Assembly: GCA_038087875.1 (NCBI GenBank)
Contig: JAXLNO010000575.1
Location: forward strand, 186,001 to 250,000
DNA: 64,000 nt
Direction: 5' to 3'
Source of the DNA: Malacoraja senta
Lineage: Eukaryota
The notes under the pieces are model-generated. The model ran no database searches and had not been told where the DNA came from. It saw nothing but the letters and a program-made list of their open reading frames with translations. The position numbers were made by a program, and so were the translations under genes. Numbering within the stretch: the first letter of the stretch is position 1; every line of letters starts with the position of its first letter. Below, one piece after another: positions 25,346 to 37,357 of the stretch.

Positions 25346-26122
25346 TCAGAAGGCCACATCAGGCACAGCGGATACAGGAGATGAGGTTAGAGGAGGTGCA
25401 GGTGAACGTCTGATTCATCTGGAAGGTTGCTGTGGTCCCTGGATCAAACTAGAGGGAGATCATTGTCATAGAATCGTAGAGTCTTGCTGCGTGGAAACAG
25501 GTCCACACCGGCCATCATGACCCATCTACACTAGTCCAACCTGCCTGCATTGGCCCATATCCCTCCAAACTTGTCCTATCCATGTACCTGTCCAAATATT
25601 TCTTAAATGTTATGATAATGCCAGCCTCAACTACCTCCTCTGACAGCTCATTCCATACACCCACCACCCTTTGTGCGAAAATGTTTACTCCTCAGATTCC
25701 TATTAAATATTTCCTTCCCTCACCTTAAACCTATGTCCTTGATTCCCCTATTCTGGAAAATAGAGTCATAGAGTGATACAACATCGGCCCAACTTGCCCA
25801 CACCGACCAACATGTCCCATCTACACTCATACACTCGGGATAGTTTGAGTGGGAAGGGATGAGCGAGCCAGGATTTTGTTAAAGAAAGAACTGCTGATGC
25901 TGGAAAAATGGAAGGTAGACAAAAATGCTGGAGAAACTCAGCGGGTGTGGCAGCATCTATGGAGAGAAGGAATAGGCGATGTTTTGGGTTGAGACCCTTA
26001 GGGAACATCGTCTATTCCTTCTCTCCACAGATGCTGCCTCACCCGCTGTTTCTCCAGCATTTTTGTCTATCTTCCAAGATCTTGTTAAGGTCTTTAAAGA
26101 ATTTAAAGAAAATGCCACATAC

Positions 26123-26220
26123 CTCCATCAAAGTTGTTTCACGGTGTCTGTGTGACTTTGGTGTTCGGGGCTGGAGAGGCTGCAGTGGGCTTGGTTGTTA
26201 ATGGAGTCAAGAGTCCGTAG
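26123..26220 (-). other. Probable first exon of the CXCR1/2-like gene (ends ATG GAG | gtatgt); 5' boundary unknown
   Basis: Island of non-repetitive sequence. On the minus strand ATGGAG (26128-26123) is followed by the donor GTATGT. Splicing to the acceptor at 23067 gives in-frame MEEMMGQSF. Confidence 0.55.
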
Positions 26221-26330
26221 ATGTTTGTGTGGTAAATGTGGCCGCCCGCCCAAAGTGCAGACTGTCAGAGCAGAGCTGTGGATGGCTTGTAAAGTGGGAA
26301 GAGTGTTGCAATCCCTGAAGCAATCCGACA
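26221..26330 (-). promoter_or_regulatory. Candidate myeloid promoter of the chemokine receptor
   Basis: RUNX core TGTGGT (26228-26233), GC-box-like GCCCGCCC, and two C/EBP-like TGNNGCAAT sites (26304-26312, 26316-26324), just upstream of the putative first exon. Confidence 0.4.
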
Positions 26331-27129
26331 ATGTTACACACACTCCCCCACCCCCTCACAGCGAGAGTGTGTCAGATACAACTGAGTGGCCACAACACAC
26401 CACCTCGCCCAGAGAGCCAGGAAATGACCAAAGACGTCACATTTAGAAACTACCATTCCATCCCATTGCATGTTAAAATCTCCCATAACAACCACAGCAT
26501 TACTTTTGCTACATGCCAATTTTAACTCCTGATTCAACTTGTGCCCTATGACTGTTGTCTGAAGAAGTGTCTCGACCTGAAACGTCACCTATTCCTTCGC
26601 TCCATAGATGCTGCCTCACCCGCTGAGTTTCTCCAGCATTTTTGTCTGCCTTCAATTTTTCCAGCATCTGCAGTTTCTTCTTAAACAGTGTGATGGGACA
26701 TGTTGGTCGGCGTGGGCAAGTTGGGCCAAAGGGCCTGTTTCTATGCTGTATAACTCTATGACTCTGCTGGAGTAACTCAGCGGGTCAGGCAGCATCTGTG
26801 GAGAACATGGATAGGTGACGTTTCACAGAGTGCTGGAGTAACTCAGCGGGTCAAGCAGCATCTGTGGAGAACATGGATAGGTGACGTTTCACAGAGTGCT
26901 GGAGTAACTCAGCGGGTCAGGCAGCATCTGTGGAGAACATGGGAACCTGGGTCCTCTGGCGCTATGAGGCAGCAGCTCTACCCGCTGCGCTACCGTGCCT
27001 CCCTTCCTGAAGAGTTTGTTCAGACTGATTGTGGGGAGGGGGAGGGTGTAACTGGAATCAAGAAAAGGATTTGTCCTTATCTTTTCCTGCTTCCAGTTCC
27101 TTCCCCTAGAAAGAGAGAGAATCGTAGTC

Positions 27130-27618
27130 ACAGAGTGATACAGCATGGAAACAGGCTCTTCGGCCCAACGTGCCCATGCTGACCAACATGTCCCATGTAC
27201 ACTTGTCCCACCTGCCCGCGTTTGGTCCATATCCCTCCAAACCTGTCCTATCCATGTACCTATCCAACTGTTTCTTAAACGTTGGGATAGTCCCAGCCTC
27301 AACTACCTCCTCCGGCAGCTCGTTCCATACACCCACCACCCTCTGTGTGAAAAAGTTACCCCTCAGATTCCTATTAAATCTTTCCCCCTTCACCTTGAAC
27401 CTATGTCCTCTGGTCCTCGATTCCCTACTCTGGGCAAGAGACTCTGTGCATCTACCCGATCTATTCCTCTCATTTTATACACCTCTATAATATCACCCCT
27501 CATCCTCCTGCGCTCCATGGAATAGAGACCCAGCCTGCTCAACCTCTCCCTGCAACTCACACCCTCTAGTGCTGGCAACATCCTCGTAAATCTTCACTGC
27601 GCCTTTTCCACCTTGACA
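27130..27618 (-). mobile_element. CR1 3' fragment (second subfamily)
   Basis: ERLSRLGLYSMERRRMRGD; NFFTQRVVGVWNELP. Confidence 0.85.
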
Positions 27619-27619
27619 A

Positions 27620-27725
27620 CAGAGAGATGGCGAGAGAGAGAAATGTTGTGGGGGGGGGAGAGAGAGAGGGGAGAGAGAGAGAGATAGGGGAGAGCGAGGA
27701 GAGAGGGGAGAGCGAGGAGAGAGGG

Positions 27726-27769
<44 letters not shown>

Positions 27770-28190
27770 GGGGGAGAGAGAGAGAGAGGGGGGAGAGAGG
27801 GAGAGGGAGAGTGGGGGAGAGGGAGAGAGGGGGGGAGAGGGAGAGAGGGGGGGAGAGGGAGAGAGAGAGTCCAGTCAAGTTTATTTGTCACATACACATA
27901 CAAGATGTACAGTGAAATGAAAGTGGCAATGACTGCGGATTGTGCAAAAACTACAGAACAGAACAGAATCAGTATTTACATTTTTTTTAAAGACGAGGGA
28001 GAGGGAGAGAGAGGGAGAGAGGGGGAGAGACAGACAGGGAGACAGACAGGGAGACAGACAGGGAGAGAGACAGGGAGAGAGACAGGGGAGAGAGACAGAG
28101 GGAGAAGGAGAGAGAGGAGAGAAGGAGAAGGAGAGAGAGATAAGGAGGGGGGATATGGGAGATAGAGAGAGAAGGAGAGAGAGAGAGAGA
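27620..28190. repeat. GA-rich simple repeat, two blocks
   Basis: (GA)n/(GGGAGA)n at 27620-27869 and 27991-28190. Confidence 0.95.
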
Positions 28191-29231
28191 ACTGCAGTTT
28201 CACAACTTCATCTGCAGGAAGCGAGGTTCCGGGCATTCCTATTGCATCCTGTTTGAGGGGATGAGGTGTGTAGGAGTGAATTGCAGATGCTTGTTTACAC
28301 CGAGGACGGACACAAAATGCTGGAGTAACTCAACGGGACAGGCGGCACCTTTGGAGAGAAGGAATGGGTGGTGTTTCAGTCAGAAGAAGGGTCTCGTCCC
28401 GAAACGTCCCCCATTGCTTCTCTCCACAGATGCTGCCTGTCCCACTGAGTTACTTCAGCACTCTGTGAAATGTCACCTATCCATGTTCTCCACAGATGCT
28501 GCCTGACCCGCTGAGTTACTCCAGCACTCTGTGAAACATCATCTATCCATGTTCTCCACAGATGCTGCCTGACCCACTGAGTTACTCCAGCACTCTGTGA
28601 AACGTCACCTATCCATGTTCTCCACAGATGCTGCCTGACCCGCTGAGTTACTCCAGCACTCTGTGAAACGTCACCTATCCATGTTGTCCACAGATGCTGC
28701 CTGACCCGCTGACTCCAGCATAGTCATCTATCTATATTACTAAAAGTAAGATCTTGACCACTTCCTGTTTTTCTGTTTCATGATTTTTGAAAAACGCTGC
28801 CACTTATGGCTGTGATTTTTGGCCATACAATACAATACAATACCTTTTATTGTCATTTGAACCTAAGTTCAAACGTAATTTGGTTTCTGCAGTCATACAA
28901 ACAAGTAAAAAGAACCAAGACACAACACAATTTACACAAACATCCATCACAGCTAATCTTACTCGGAGTCCCCCTCCGCTGCGCAGACAAGAGGATTTTT
29001 CCCATCGATGAAAAATAAAATAATTATTAATGTTTAAATAATGTTGACATTCTCTCTGCTGCCCCTTCTGGGGGGGAGGGACTATAAAACCCGGAAGTGT
29101 GGTGCCTCACTCAGTCTCTGCAAGATGGAGGAAGCAAGTGGGTCACGTCTCTCATAGCTGTGAATAACACTGAACACATGTCTACTCAACTGTGAGTGCC
29201 CTTAATGTGGTTTGAAAATGAAAATGTGGTT

Positions 29232-30104
29232 GCTTTGAAATGCTGCACTGCAATTGGTTGTTGGTGGTGGTAGCTGCTTTGAATGCTGCACTGAAAATGG
29301 TTGTTGGTTGTGGTAACTGCTTTGAAATGCTGCACTGCAATTGGTTGTTGGTGGTGGTAGCTGCTTTGAATGCTGCACTGAAAATGGTTGTTGGTTGTGG
29401 TAACTGCTTTGAAATGCTGCACTGCAATTGGTTGTTGGTGGTGGTAGCTGCTTTGAATGCTGCACTGAAAATGGTTGTTGGTTGTGGTAACTGCTTTGAA
29501 ATGCTGCACTGCAATTGGTTGTTGGTGGTGGTAAGTGCTTTGAAATGCTGCACTGCAAATGGTTGTTTGTGGTGGTAACTGCTTTGAAATGCTGCGCTGC
29601 AAATGGTTGTTGGTGGTGGTAAGTGCTTTGAAATGCTGCACTGCAAATGGTTGTTGGTGGTGGTAAGTGCTTTGAAATGCTGCACTCAAATGGTTGTTGG
29701 TGGTGGTAACTGCTTTGAAATGCTGCTCTGCAAATGGTTGTTGGTGGTGGTAACTGCTTTGAAATGCTGCGCTGCAAATTGTTGGTGGTGGTAACTGCTT
29801 TGAAATGCGGCACTGCAAATGGTTGTTGGTGGTGGTAACTACTTTGAAATGCTGCGCTGCAGATGGTTGTTGGTGGTGGTAACTACTTTGAAATGCAGCA
29901 CTGCAAATGGTTGTTGGTGGTGGTAACTGCTCTGAAATGCTGCACTGCAAATGGTTGTTGGTGGTGGTAACTGCTTTGAAATGCTGCTCTGCAAATGGTT
30001 GTTGGTGGTGGTAACTGCTTTGAAATGCTGCGCTGCAGATGGTTGTTGGTGGTGGTAACTGCTTTGAAATGCGGCACTGCAAATGGTTGTTGGTGGTGGT
30101 AACT
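29232..30104. repeat. ~44-bp minisatellite, about 20 units
   Basis: Unit tttgaaatgctgcactgcaaatggttgttggtggtggtaactgc; the first units alternate between two variants. Confidence 0.95.
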
Positions 30105-30394
30105 GGACAACTTCCTGTTTGCACTGTATATTGATTTTAGATAAAATGCTACCACTTACAGCTGTGATTTTTGGCCATCTTACTGAGACCCCCTCCGTTC
30201 ATCAGGTGCAGAGGATTCTTCCCATCAATGAAAAATGAAAGTGTTATTAGTAAAACCTGGAAGTGTGGATTTTGCTCAGTCTCTGCAAGATGGGCGAGGG
30301 AGAGGTCACGACTGTCTGAGCTGTGAATCAACTGAACACACTGAATGTCTACTGAACTGTGAATGTGGTGTTTAGTGTGGTTTTATGGTGGTTT

Positions 30395-30720
30395 CACCCT
30401 GCTTGAAATGCATTTGAATGTGGTGGCCATGCACCCTGCACGAAATGGTATGAAACTGCATTTGAATTTGGTGGCCTTGCACCCTGCTTGAAATGGTATG
30501 AAACTGCACTTCAATTTGGTTGTCTTGTACCCTGCTTGAAGTGGTATGAAACTGCTCTTGAATTTGGTGGCCTTGCACCCTGCTTGAAATGGCATTAAAC
30601 AGCAGTAGCATTCGGTGGCCTTGCACCCTGCTTGAAGTGGTCGGAAACTGCACTTGAATTCGGTGGCCTTGCACCCTGCTTGAAGTGGTATGAAACTGCA
30701 ATTGAATTTGGTGGCCTTCA
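30395..30720. repeat. 48-bp minisatellite, about 6-7 units
   Basis: Unit ggtggccttgcaccctgcttgaaatggtatgaaactgcatttgaattt. Confidence 0.92.
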
Positions 30721-31730
30721 AGGAATAGCCGTGAATTAACTGCCAGCCCACCAGCCGTGAGAGAGCTGCCAGCACATCAGGCTTGAGTGACTGAGCTGTC
30801 ACCCCAAGAATCCATTTGGCCCACAATGTCCATACTATCCCTCTGGAAACCAGTCCCTTCAGCCCACAATACCCATACTAGCGGTCCAGAAAGCCCGCCC
30901 CCCCCCCCCACTGGTCACCAATATTGGAATTGGTGGAGAGGTGGAATATTGCGTTGGGGGACCAGTCCTCCCGGGTGAACATGGGACCCGATGGGTCACA
31001 CTTAGTCTAGTAGAGTTATATAGCTTAGAAACAGGCCCTTTGGCCCAAATTACACACGCAGACCAACGTGTTCCATCTACACTAGTCATAAGGTCATAAG
31101 TGGGAAGAGCAGGATTAGGCCATTCAGCCCATCAAGTCTACATGGCTGATCTATCTCTCCCTACTAGCCCCATTCTCGTGCCTTCTCCCCGTAACCCCTG
31201 ACACCCGTTCTAATCAACAATCAATTTTCACTATACCTTAATTGGTACATGTGACAATAAACTGACCTTGAGACCTTGAAACCTTGATTCTGTCTATCTC
31301 TGCCTTAAACATACCCTTGACTTGGCCTCCACAGCCATCTGTGGCAGGAAATTCCCCAGATTCACAACTCTCTGGGTAAAGACGTTTTTCCTCATCTCAG
31401 TCCTAAGTGGCCTACTCCTTATTCTTAAACTGTGACCCCTGGTTCTGGACTCCCCCAACATCGGGAACATGTTTCCTGCATCTAGCCTGTCCAATCCTTT
31501 AAGAATTTTATATGTTTCTATAAGATACCCTCTCTTCCTAAATTCCAGTGAATACAAGTCCAGTCGACCCATTCTTTCATCATATGTCAGTCCTGCCATC
31601 CCGGGAATTAACCTGGTAAAGTGCGCGCATGTGCACATGTGCGGGGCTTTTCCAGAGTGTGCGCATGTGCGGGGTTTTAGGGCGGGAAAGGCCTGCGGAA
31701 TCAGCCATGTTTACCAGACGTTTCTGCGGT

Positions 31731-34700
31731 TATTTTTTTATTTATTTATTTATTTATTCCGAACAAGTAAAGACATTAAAGACATTGATATTAACAAAAT
31801 CGAAATTATCAAACAATTGAACATTGCAATCAACATTTACAATTTGAGAAGAACAAAATCAAGGTTCCAATGTCCAACTCAGAGTCTGTACAAGCTCGAA
31901 AAGGAGTGAGAAGAAGAATAACTTATTAAATCTCACCCCTTTTCCCCAACACTTCTATCGTATTTAAAAATCAATTCCTTACTAATAATAGTACTGCCCT
32001 AGGCAATTTCCCATAATACATACAGACACTTATATACATTCAACTATTATGTACATACAATCTTCATATTTGAAGTACCCAACATCAGTGAACAATAGTA
32101 AACAAGATAAACATCAACAATATTAACAAGATAAACATCAACGATTGTAAACAAGATAAACATCAACCCCCACTTGTCAACCATCCCCTCCATCCCTGTA
32201 CCCCTTGAGCATTATTTTTTTATATATCATTTTAAAATGATTCATGTTTGTGCATTGCTTCAATTCCCCGTTCAATTTATTCCACACTCCTACTCCACAA
32301 ACCGAAATACAAAAGGATTTTCTAGTCGTACGGACTTGTTGTTTCTTAAAGTTAAATATTCCTCTTAAATTGTAACCCCCCACACGCTCGTTAAATAATT
32401 TTTGAATGTTTCCAGGTAAATTTTTATTTTTGGCCCTAAACATTATCTGAGCTGTTTTGAATGTGACCAAATCTTCTAATTTTAATAATTTTGACTCTAA
32501 AAATAATGGATTCGTATGACCCAGATACTTAGCATTATGGATAATACGAATTGCTCTTTTTTGCATCATGGTTAATGAGTGTATCGAATTTTTATAATTA
32601 TTTCCCCAGACTTCTGTACAATAATTTAAGTAGGGTAAAATTAATGTACAATAAAGAATACGGAGTGATTTGTAATCCAGAGCTTGCTTGGCTTTGTATA
32701 ATACAGAGATACTTTTTGATAATTTTAATTTTACATGTTTAATATGTGATTTCCAGCTTATTTTATCGTCAATTATAACCCCAAGAAATTTATTTTCATG
32801 CACTCTTTCAACTTCCACCCCATTTATCTTTATACTTACTAGGGACTTATTCTACAATTACCAAATAACATTATTTTAGTTTTACTCAGATTTAATGAAA
32901 TTTTATTACTATCAAACCATATTTTCAATTTACCCATTTCTTTTATTATTTTATCCAATAGCCTTTTTAAATTTTCCCCAGAGCAAAAAAATATTTGTAT
33001 CATCTGCAAACAAAACCAGCCTCAAGACATTGGACACATTACAAATATCATTTATGTACATGATAAATAATTTTGGGCCCAGCACTGACCCCTGTGGTAC
33101 ACCACACACAATGTCCAAACATGTAGAATTATGACTACCCAGATTTACAAACTGTTGCCTGTTACTTAAGTAGCTTTTAATCCAGTCCAGTACTATTCCT
33201 CTAATTCCATACCTCTCCAATTTTTTTAATAAAATATCATGATTAATTGTATCAAATGCTTTTTTTATGTCAATGAATATCCCAGCTGCATATAATTTCT
33301 TATCAATGGCGTTTGTGATGTCTTCAATTAATTCTAGTATTGCAAGTGATGTTGATCTATTTGTTCTGAATCCATATTGACTTCTGTTAATAATTTATTA
33401 TTTTCTACAAATTTGTCTAGTCTATTATTAAACATTTTTCTAATATTTGGAAAATTGTGGGAGTAAGGAAACAGGTCTATAGTTTGTAAAATGATGCTTG
33501 TTCCCTGTTTTGTATATTGGTATTATTTTTGCTATTTTCATTTTAATTGGAAAAGTGCCGGTCTGGAAGGATAAATTACAGATGAATGTTAAAGGTTTGG
33601 AGATCCCCTCAATGACCATCTTTACTAGCGACATGTCAATGTCATTGAAATCGGTAGACTTCTTATTTTTACATGTTTTGACAATATCCAGCAGTTCTTT
33701 CTCTTCTACTGCCGTAAGAAACATAGAGCAGGGATTTCTTTCCACTAATTTCTCAGGTGTTTCTCCAGATGTCCCTGAATCAGGGATTTGTTTAGCCAGG
33801 TCTGGTCCAATATTAACAAAAAAATTATTAAAGCTATTAGCTATATCTTCCATATTGTAAATTTCCTTATCCTTATCAATAAAATACTTCGGGTAATTTG
33901 TTTCTCCCCGGACCATTTCGGATAATGCTATTAAGTATGCTCCATATTCTTTTTATATTGTCTTTATTGTCATCTAATTTCTTCTTATAATAATCTTTCT
34001 TGCTTTCTCTTATGATGTAAGTTAATTTATTTTTATACTTTTTATATTTATTTTCTGTATCTTTAGTTCTCTCTCTTATAAAATCTCTGTATAGGCCTTT
34101 TTTTTTTTTACAAGCATTTTGTAATCCCTTTGTAATCCATGGACATTTAGTATATTTTGATTTTCTATTATATTCTTTAATTGGACAATTTTATCATATA
34201 ATAACTTAAACATATCAATAAATGTTTCATAAGCACTATCAATGTCTCTTTTTTGGTATATTCTATCCCAGTTTTGTGCCAATAGATCCTTTTTTAGTGC
34301 ATTGATAGCTTCCTCCGATCTCACTCTTCTATATTCTATTAATCCGCTTGGTTGTTGTTCCTGTGACACCATCATAAACTACAAAAACTGGCAGATGGTC
34401 ACTTATATCATTAATTAATAATCCACTTACTATTTTATTTTCCAAATCATTGTTAAATATATTGTCAATGAGTGTAGCGCAATGGGAAGTAATTCTACTC
34501 GGTCTAGTGATTTTCGGAAATAGACTCATGCTGTACATAGTATTAATAAAATCTTCTGTAAGGTTGTGTTGATTAGGATTTAGTAGGTCAATATTGAAAT
34601 CTCCACATAAAAACACTGATTTACTACCTGTTGTTGAAAACATACTCTCCATCCAGCCCCTGAAGATTTCAATACTTGACCCCTGTGCCCTATATATACA

Positions 34701-36104
34701 GCTAATGATTACATTTTTATTTCCACCATTACTTATTTCTATAGTTATACATTCATGCAGATTGTCAACCACAGTTGTCATATTATCTACTACCTTATAA
34801 TTCAGAGTTGTATCCACAAATAGTGCTACCCCTCCTCCCCCCTTATTTTTTCTATTGATGTAATTGAAGTCATATCCGTCCATCTCAAAATCAATTCCCT
34901 TTTCTTGATTAATCCATGTTTCAGATATTGCGATGACATTGAATGGTTGTGAAAATTTTTGTAAATACTCTTTAATACTATTGAAATTCGTATAGAGGGC
35001 TCCTGCTATTAAAGTGGATAATAGATAATTTGCCTTTTGTATTAATATTCTGATTATACTGCTCCTCTGTGTAGTAGCAGCAGATATTTTTGTCGTTAGA
35101 ATTAAAGTAAAAATTATTGTCCGGGTCTATATCGTATTCCAAATCCTGTAAATTGTGATCGGTATATTCGAATGGTTGTAACTTCGGTTGTTCCTTTTCG
35201 CTTATTATTTTAGTTACTTGACTTCCATTTCCAGATGTTAATGGCTGAATTCCTTCAGTGTTTTCCCCGTTTTATGATCATTGGTATTTGTCCAGGTCTG
35301 CAATATCTCTGATGACCAGCACTTTGGCTTCCTCTGGTGTTCCATTTAATTTAATAAAGATTTTACAGTTTGCAGTCCAGGTATTTAATATTTTTTTTTG
35401 TTTCTTAAGGTATCGTGCTTGTCGGGCTATATCGGCATTTCGTTTTGTTAGGTGCTCATTCATGTATACTTTTGTTCCCTTCAGCTTTCTTCCTTGTTTT
35501 AGGAGACTGACTTTATATTTCCTGCTTACAAACCTTATTATGATGGCAGGTTTGTCATCACTATTTTTAACATCTTTCGATTTTTTCCTGGGCAGTGGGT
35601 GACAAGCCTCGATGTTATCGCAGTCTACTTGTATACCTTTCGACTGCAGGAAGGCCGCCACCTGTTGCTCCGTGGAGCTTGTGTCCATTTCCCCGGGCTC
35701 CCCCCCGTTTTCGTCAGTCACCGCCCGTGCGTATGACCGGGGCTTTATACTGAGCCCGGTAATGATGATGTTGTTCTCTCTGGTGTACTGCTCCAGATCT
35801 GCAACTCTGCTCTCCAGGAACACCAGTCGCCGGTCCTTTTCGGCGCTCTGGATCCGAAGATCCCTTACCTCCGCCACGAGGTCGAGGATGGCTTTCTGCT
35901 GTTTTTTGACAGCAGAAATCTCCTCCGACAAGAACTCCAGCGCTCTTTTTATTTCGTCGCTATCCTCCGTTGTTATTACCTTCTTCGGAGGCATGGTCAC
36001 CAGCTACTCAGGTAAACTCCAGCTACTCAGTTTTACAATGAAAGCCAAGGTCTAACCTTGGATAATCCTCTCACCACCGCTCACCGCTGCCGCCATTTTC
36101 CGCC
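31731..36104 (-). mobile_element. Full-length Crack/L2-group LINE with intact ORF1 and frameshifted ORF2
   Basis: ORF1 35278-36000. ORF2 begins with DIDPDNN, then APE (GGGVALFV, CGDFNIDLL, TLIDNIF, SDHLP) and RT (NYRPVSLL, GVPQGSVLGP, LFADDT); (TAAA)n tail at ~31735-31758. Confidence 0.88.
35278..36000 (-). CDS. LINE ORF1 protein (coiled coil plus RRM-like region)
   Basis: 240-aa open frame: LEQYTRENNIIITGL...IEACHPLP...IIIRFVSRK...MNEHLTKRN...TWTANCKIFIK. Confidence 0.8.
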   Translation of the reverse strand: MTMPPKKVITTEDSDEIKRALEFLSEEISAVKKQQKAILDLVAEVRDLRIQSAEKDRRLVFLESRVADLEQYTRENNIIITGLSIKPRSYARAVTDENGGEPGEMDTSSTEQQVAAFLQSKGIQVDCDNIEACHPLPRKKSKDVKNSDDKPAIIIRFVSRKYKVSLLKQGRKLKGTKVYMNEHLTKRNADIARQARYLKKQKKILNTWTANCKIFIKLNGTPEEAKVLVIRDIADLDKYQ

Positions 36105-36673
36105 ACATGTTATGTATTACAGAAATTAGTTGCTTAAAGCTTAAATCAAGTTAAGTAAATTACGAGTAGTGTAAAAGTTTCATTTGCCTCGCAACACCCG
36201 CTGAACCTACGCTGCACTCCCTCAATAGCAATAATGTCATTCCTCAAATTAGGAGACCAAAACTGCACACAATACTCCAGGTGTGGTCTCACCAGGGCCC
36301 TGTACAACTGCAGTAGGACCTCCTTGCACCTAAACTCAAATCCTCTCGCAATGAAGGCCAACATGCCATTAGCTTTCTTCACTGCCTGCTGTACCTGCAT
36401 GCTTACTTTCAGTGACTGATGTACAAGCACACCCAGGTCTCATTGCACCTCCCCTTTTCCTAATCTGACACCATTCAGATAATAATCTGCCTTCCTGTTC
36501 TTGCCACCAAAGTGGATAACCTAACACTTATCCATATTATACTGCATCTGCCATGCATCGGCCCACTCAGCCAACCTATCCAAGTCACCCTGCAGCCTCA
36601 TAGCATCCTCCTCGCAGCTCACACTGCCACCTAGCTTTGTGTCATCTGCAAACTGGACACAGACTAAATCAGA

Positions 36674-36701
36674 CTGAAGAAGGGTCTCGACCCGAAACGT
36701 C
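36674..36701 (+). ncRNA. Minimal hammerhead-ribozyme-like motif (representative of many copies)
   Basis: CTGAAGA-a-GGGTC-tc-GACCC-GAAAC-GTC: core boxes, stem II and a palindromic ACGT stem III. Confidence 0.55.
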
Positions 36702-36964
36702 ACCCATTCCTTCGCTCCATAAATGCTGCCTCACCCGCTGAGTTACTCCAGCATTTTTGTCTACCTTCAATTTTTCCAGCATCTGCAATACTTTCTTAAA
36801 CCTTCATTTAATCAATGCTTTTTCATTTAAAAAAAACATACGTTGTTAGTCGAGAGCTAGAGACTACTTACAAAGTTTCTACTTCTCAAATTCCTGTTAG
36901 AAAACGACTTAATCTTGTAATATTTTGTTAAATAAAATGTATCAACCCCTTCAGTAGGACAAAG

Positions 36965-37357
36965 CAAGAAAGTAGGCGGAGACAGTGGAACTGGTGGGAG
37001 AACTGGGAAGGGGGAGGGGAAGGAGAGAGAGAGAGCAAGCAAGGGCTGTCTGAAGTTAAAGAAGTCAATGTTCATACCGCTGGGGTGTAAACTACCCAAG
37101 CGGAATATGAGGTGCTGTTCCTCCATTTTGTGCTGGGCCTCACTCTGACAATGGCGGAGGCCCAGGACAGAAAGGTCGGATTGGGAATGGGAGGGGGAGT
37201 TGAAGTGCTGGGCCACCGGGAGATCATCTAGTGTATCTGCTGTTCCAGGTGTCAACTTCTCTACATCGGCGAGACCAAGCGCAGGCTCGGCGATCGTTTC
37301 GCTGAACACCTCCGCTGAGTCCATCTTAACGAAACTGATCTCCCGGTGGCCCAGCAC
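36965..37357. mobile_element. Two inverted Penelope GIY-YIG fragments
   Basis: Minus: PVAQHFNSP...EEQHLIFRLGSL (36965-37225). Plus: CSRCQLLYIGETKRRLGDRFAEHLR (37232-37357). Confidence 0.75.

Larger units (their letters stand above)
28727..31010 (+). mobile_element. Non-autonomous Helitron carrying two minisatellites
   Basis: Starts TCTATCTATATTACTAAAAG and ends with the hairpin gacccgatgggtc followed by CTAG. It sits between A(28726) and T(31011) with no TSD. Removing it restores cagcatagtca|tagagttata, matching the uninterrupted repeat near 47571. Confidence 0.88.
31090..36650 (-). mobile_element. CR1 fragment split into ~31090-31616 and 36202-36650 by a later insertion block
   Basis: The halves rejoin as ccgggaattaacctgg|tgaacctacgctgcac (GVQRRFTRLIPG). 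Confidence 0.8.

Noticed and set aside
27493..28256. Leu/Ser/Pro- and Glu/Arg-rich ORFs
   Set aside because: Translations of GA microsatellite.
29182..30155. Repetitive ORFs and a CRISPR-like appearance of the 44-bp array
   Set aside because: Head-to-tail minisatellite with no unique spacers and no cas genes; the context is vertebrate.
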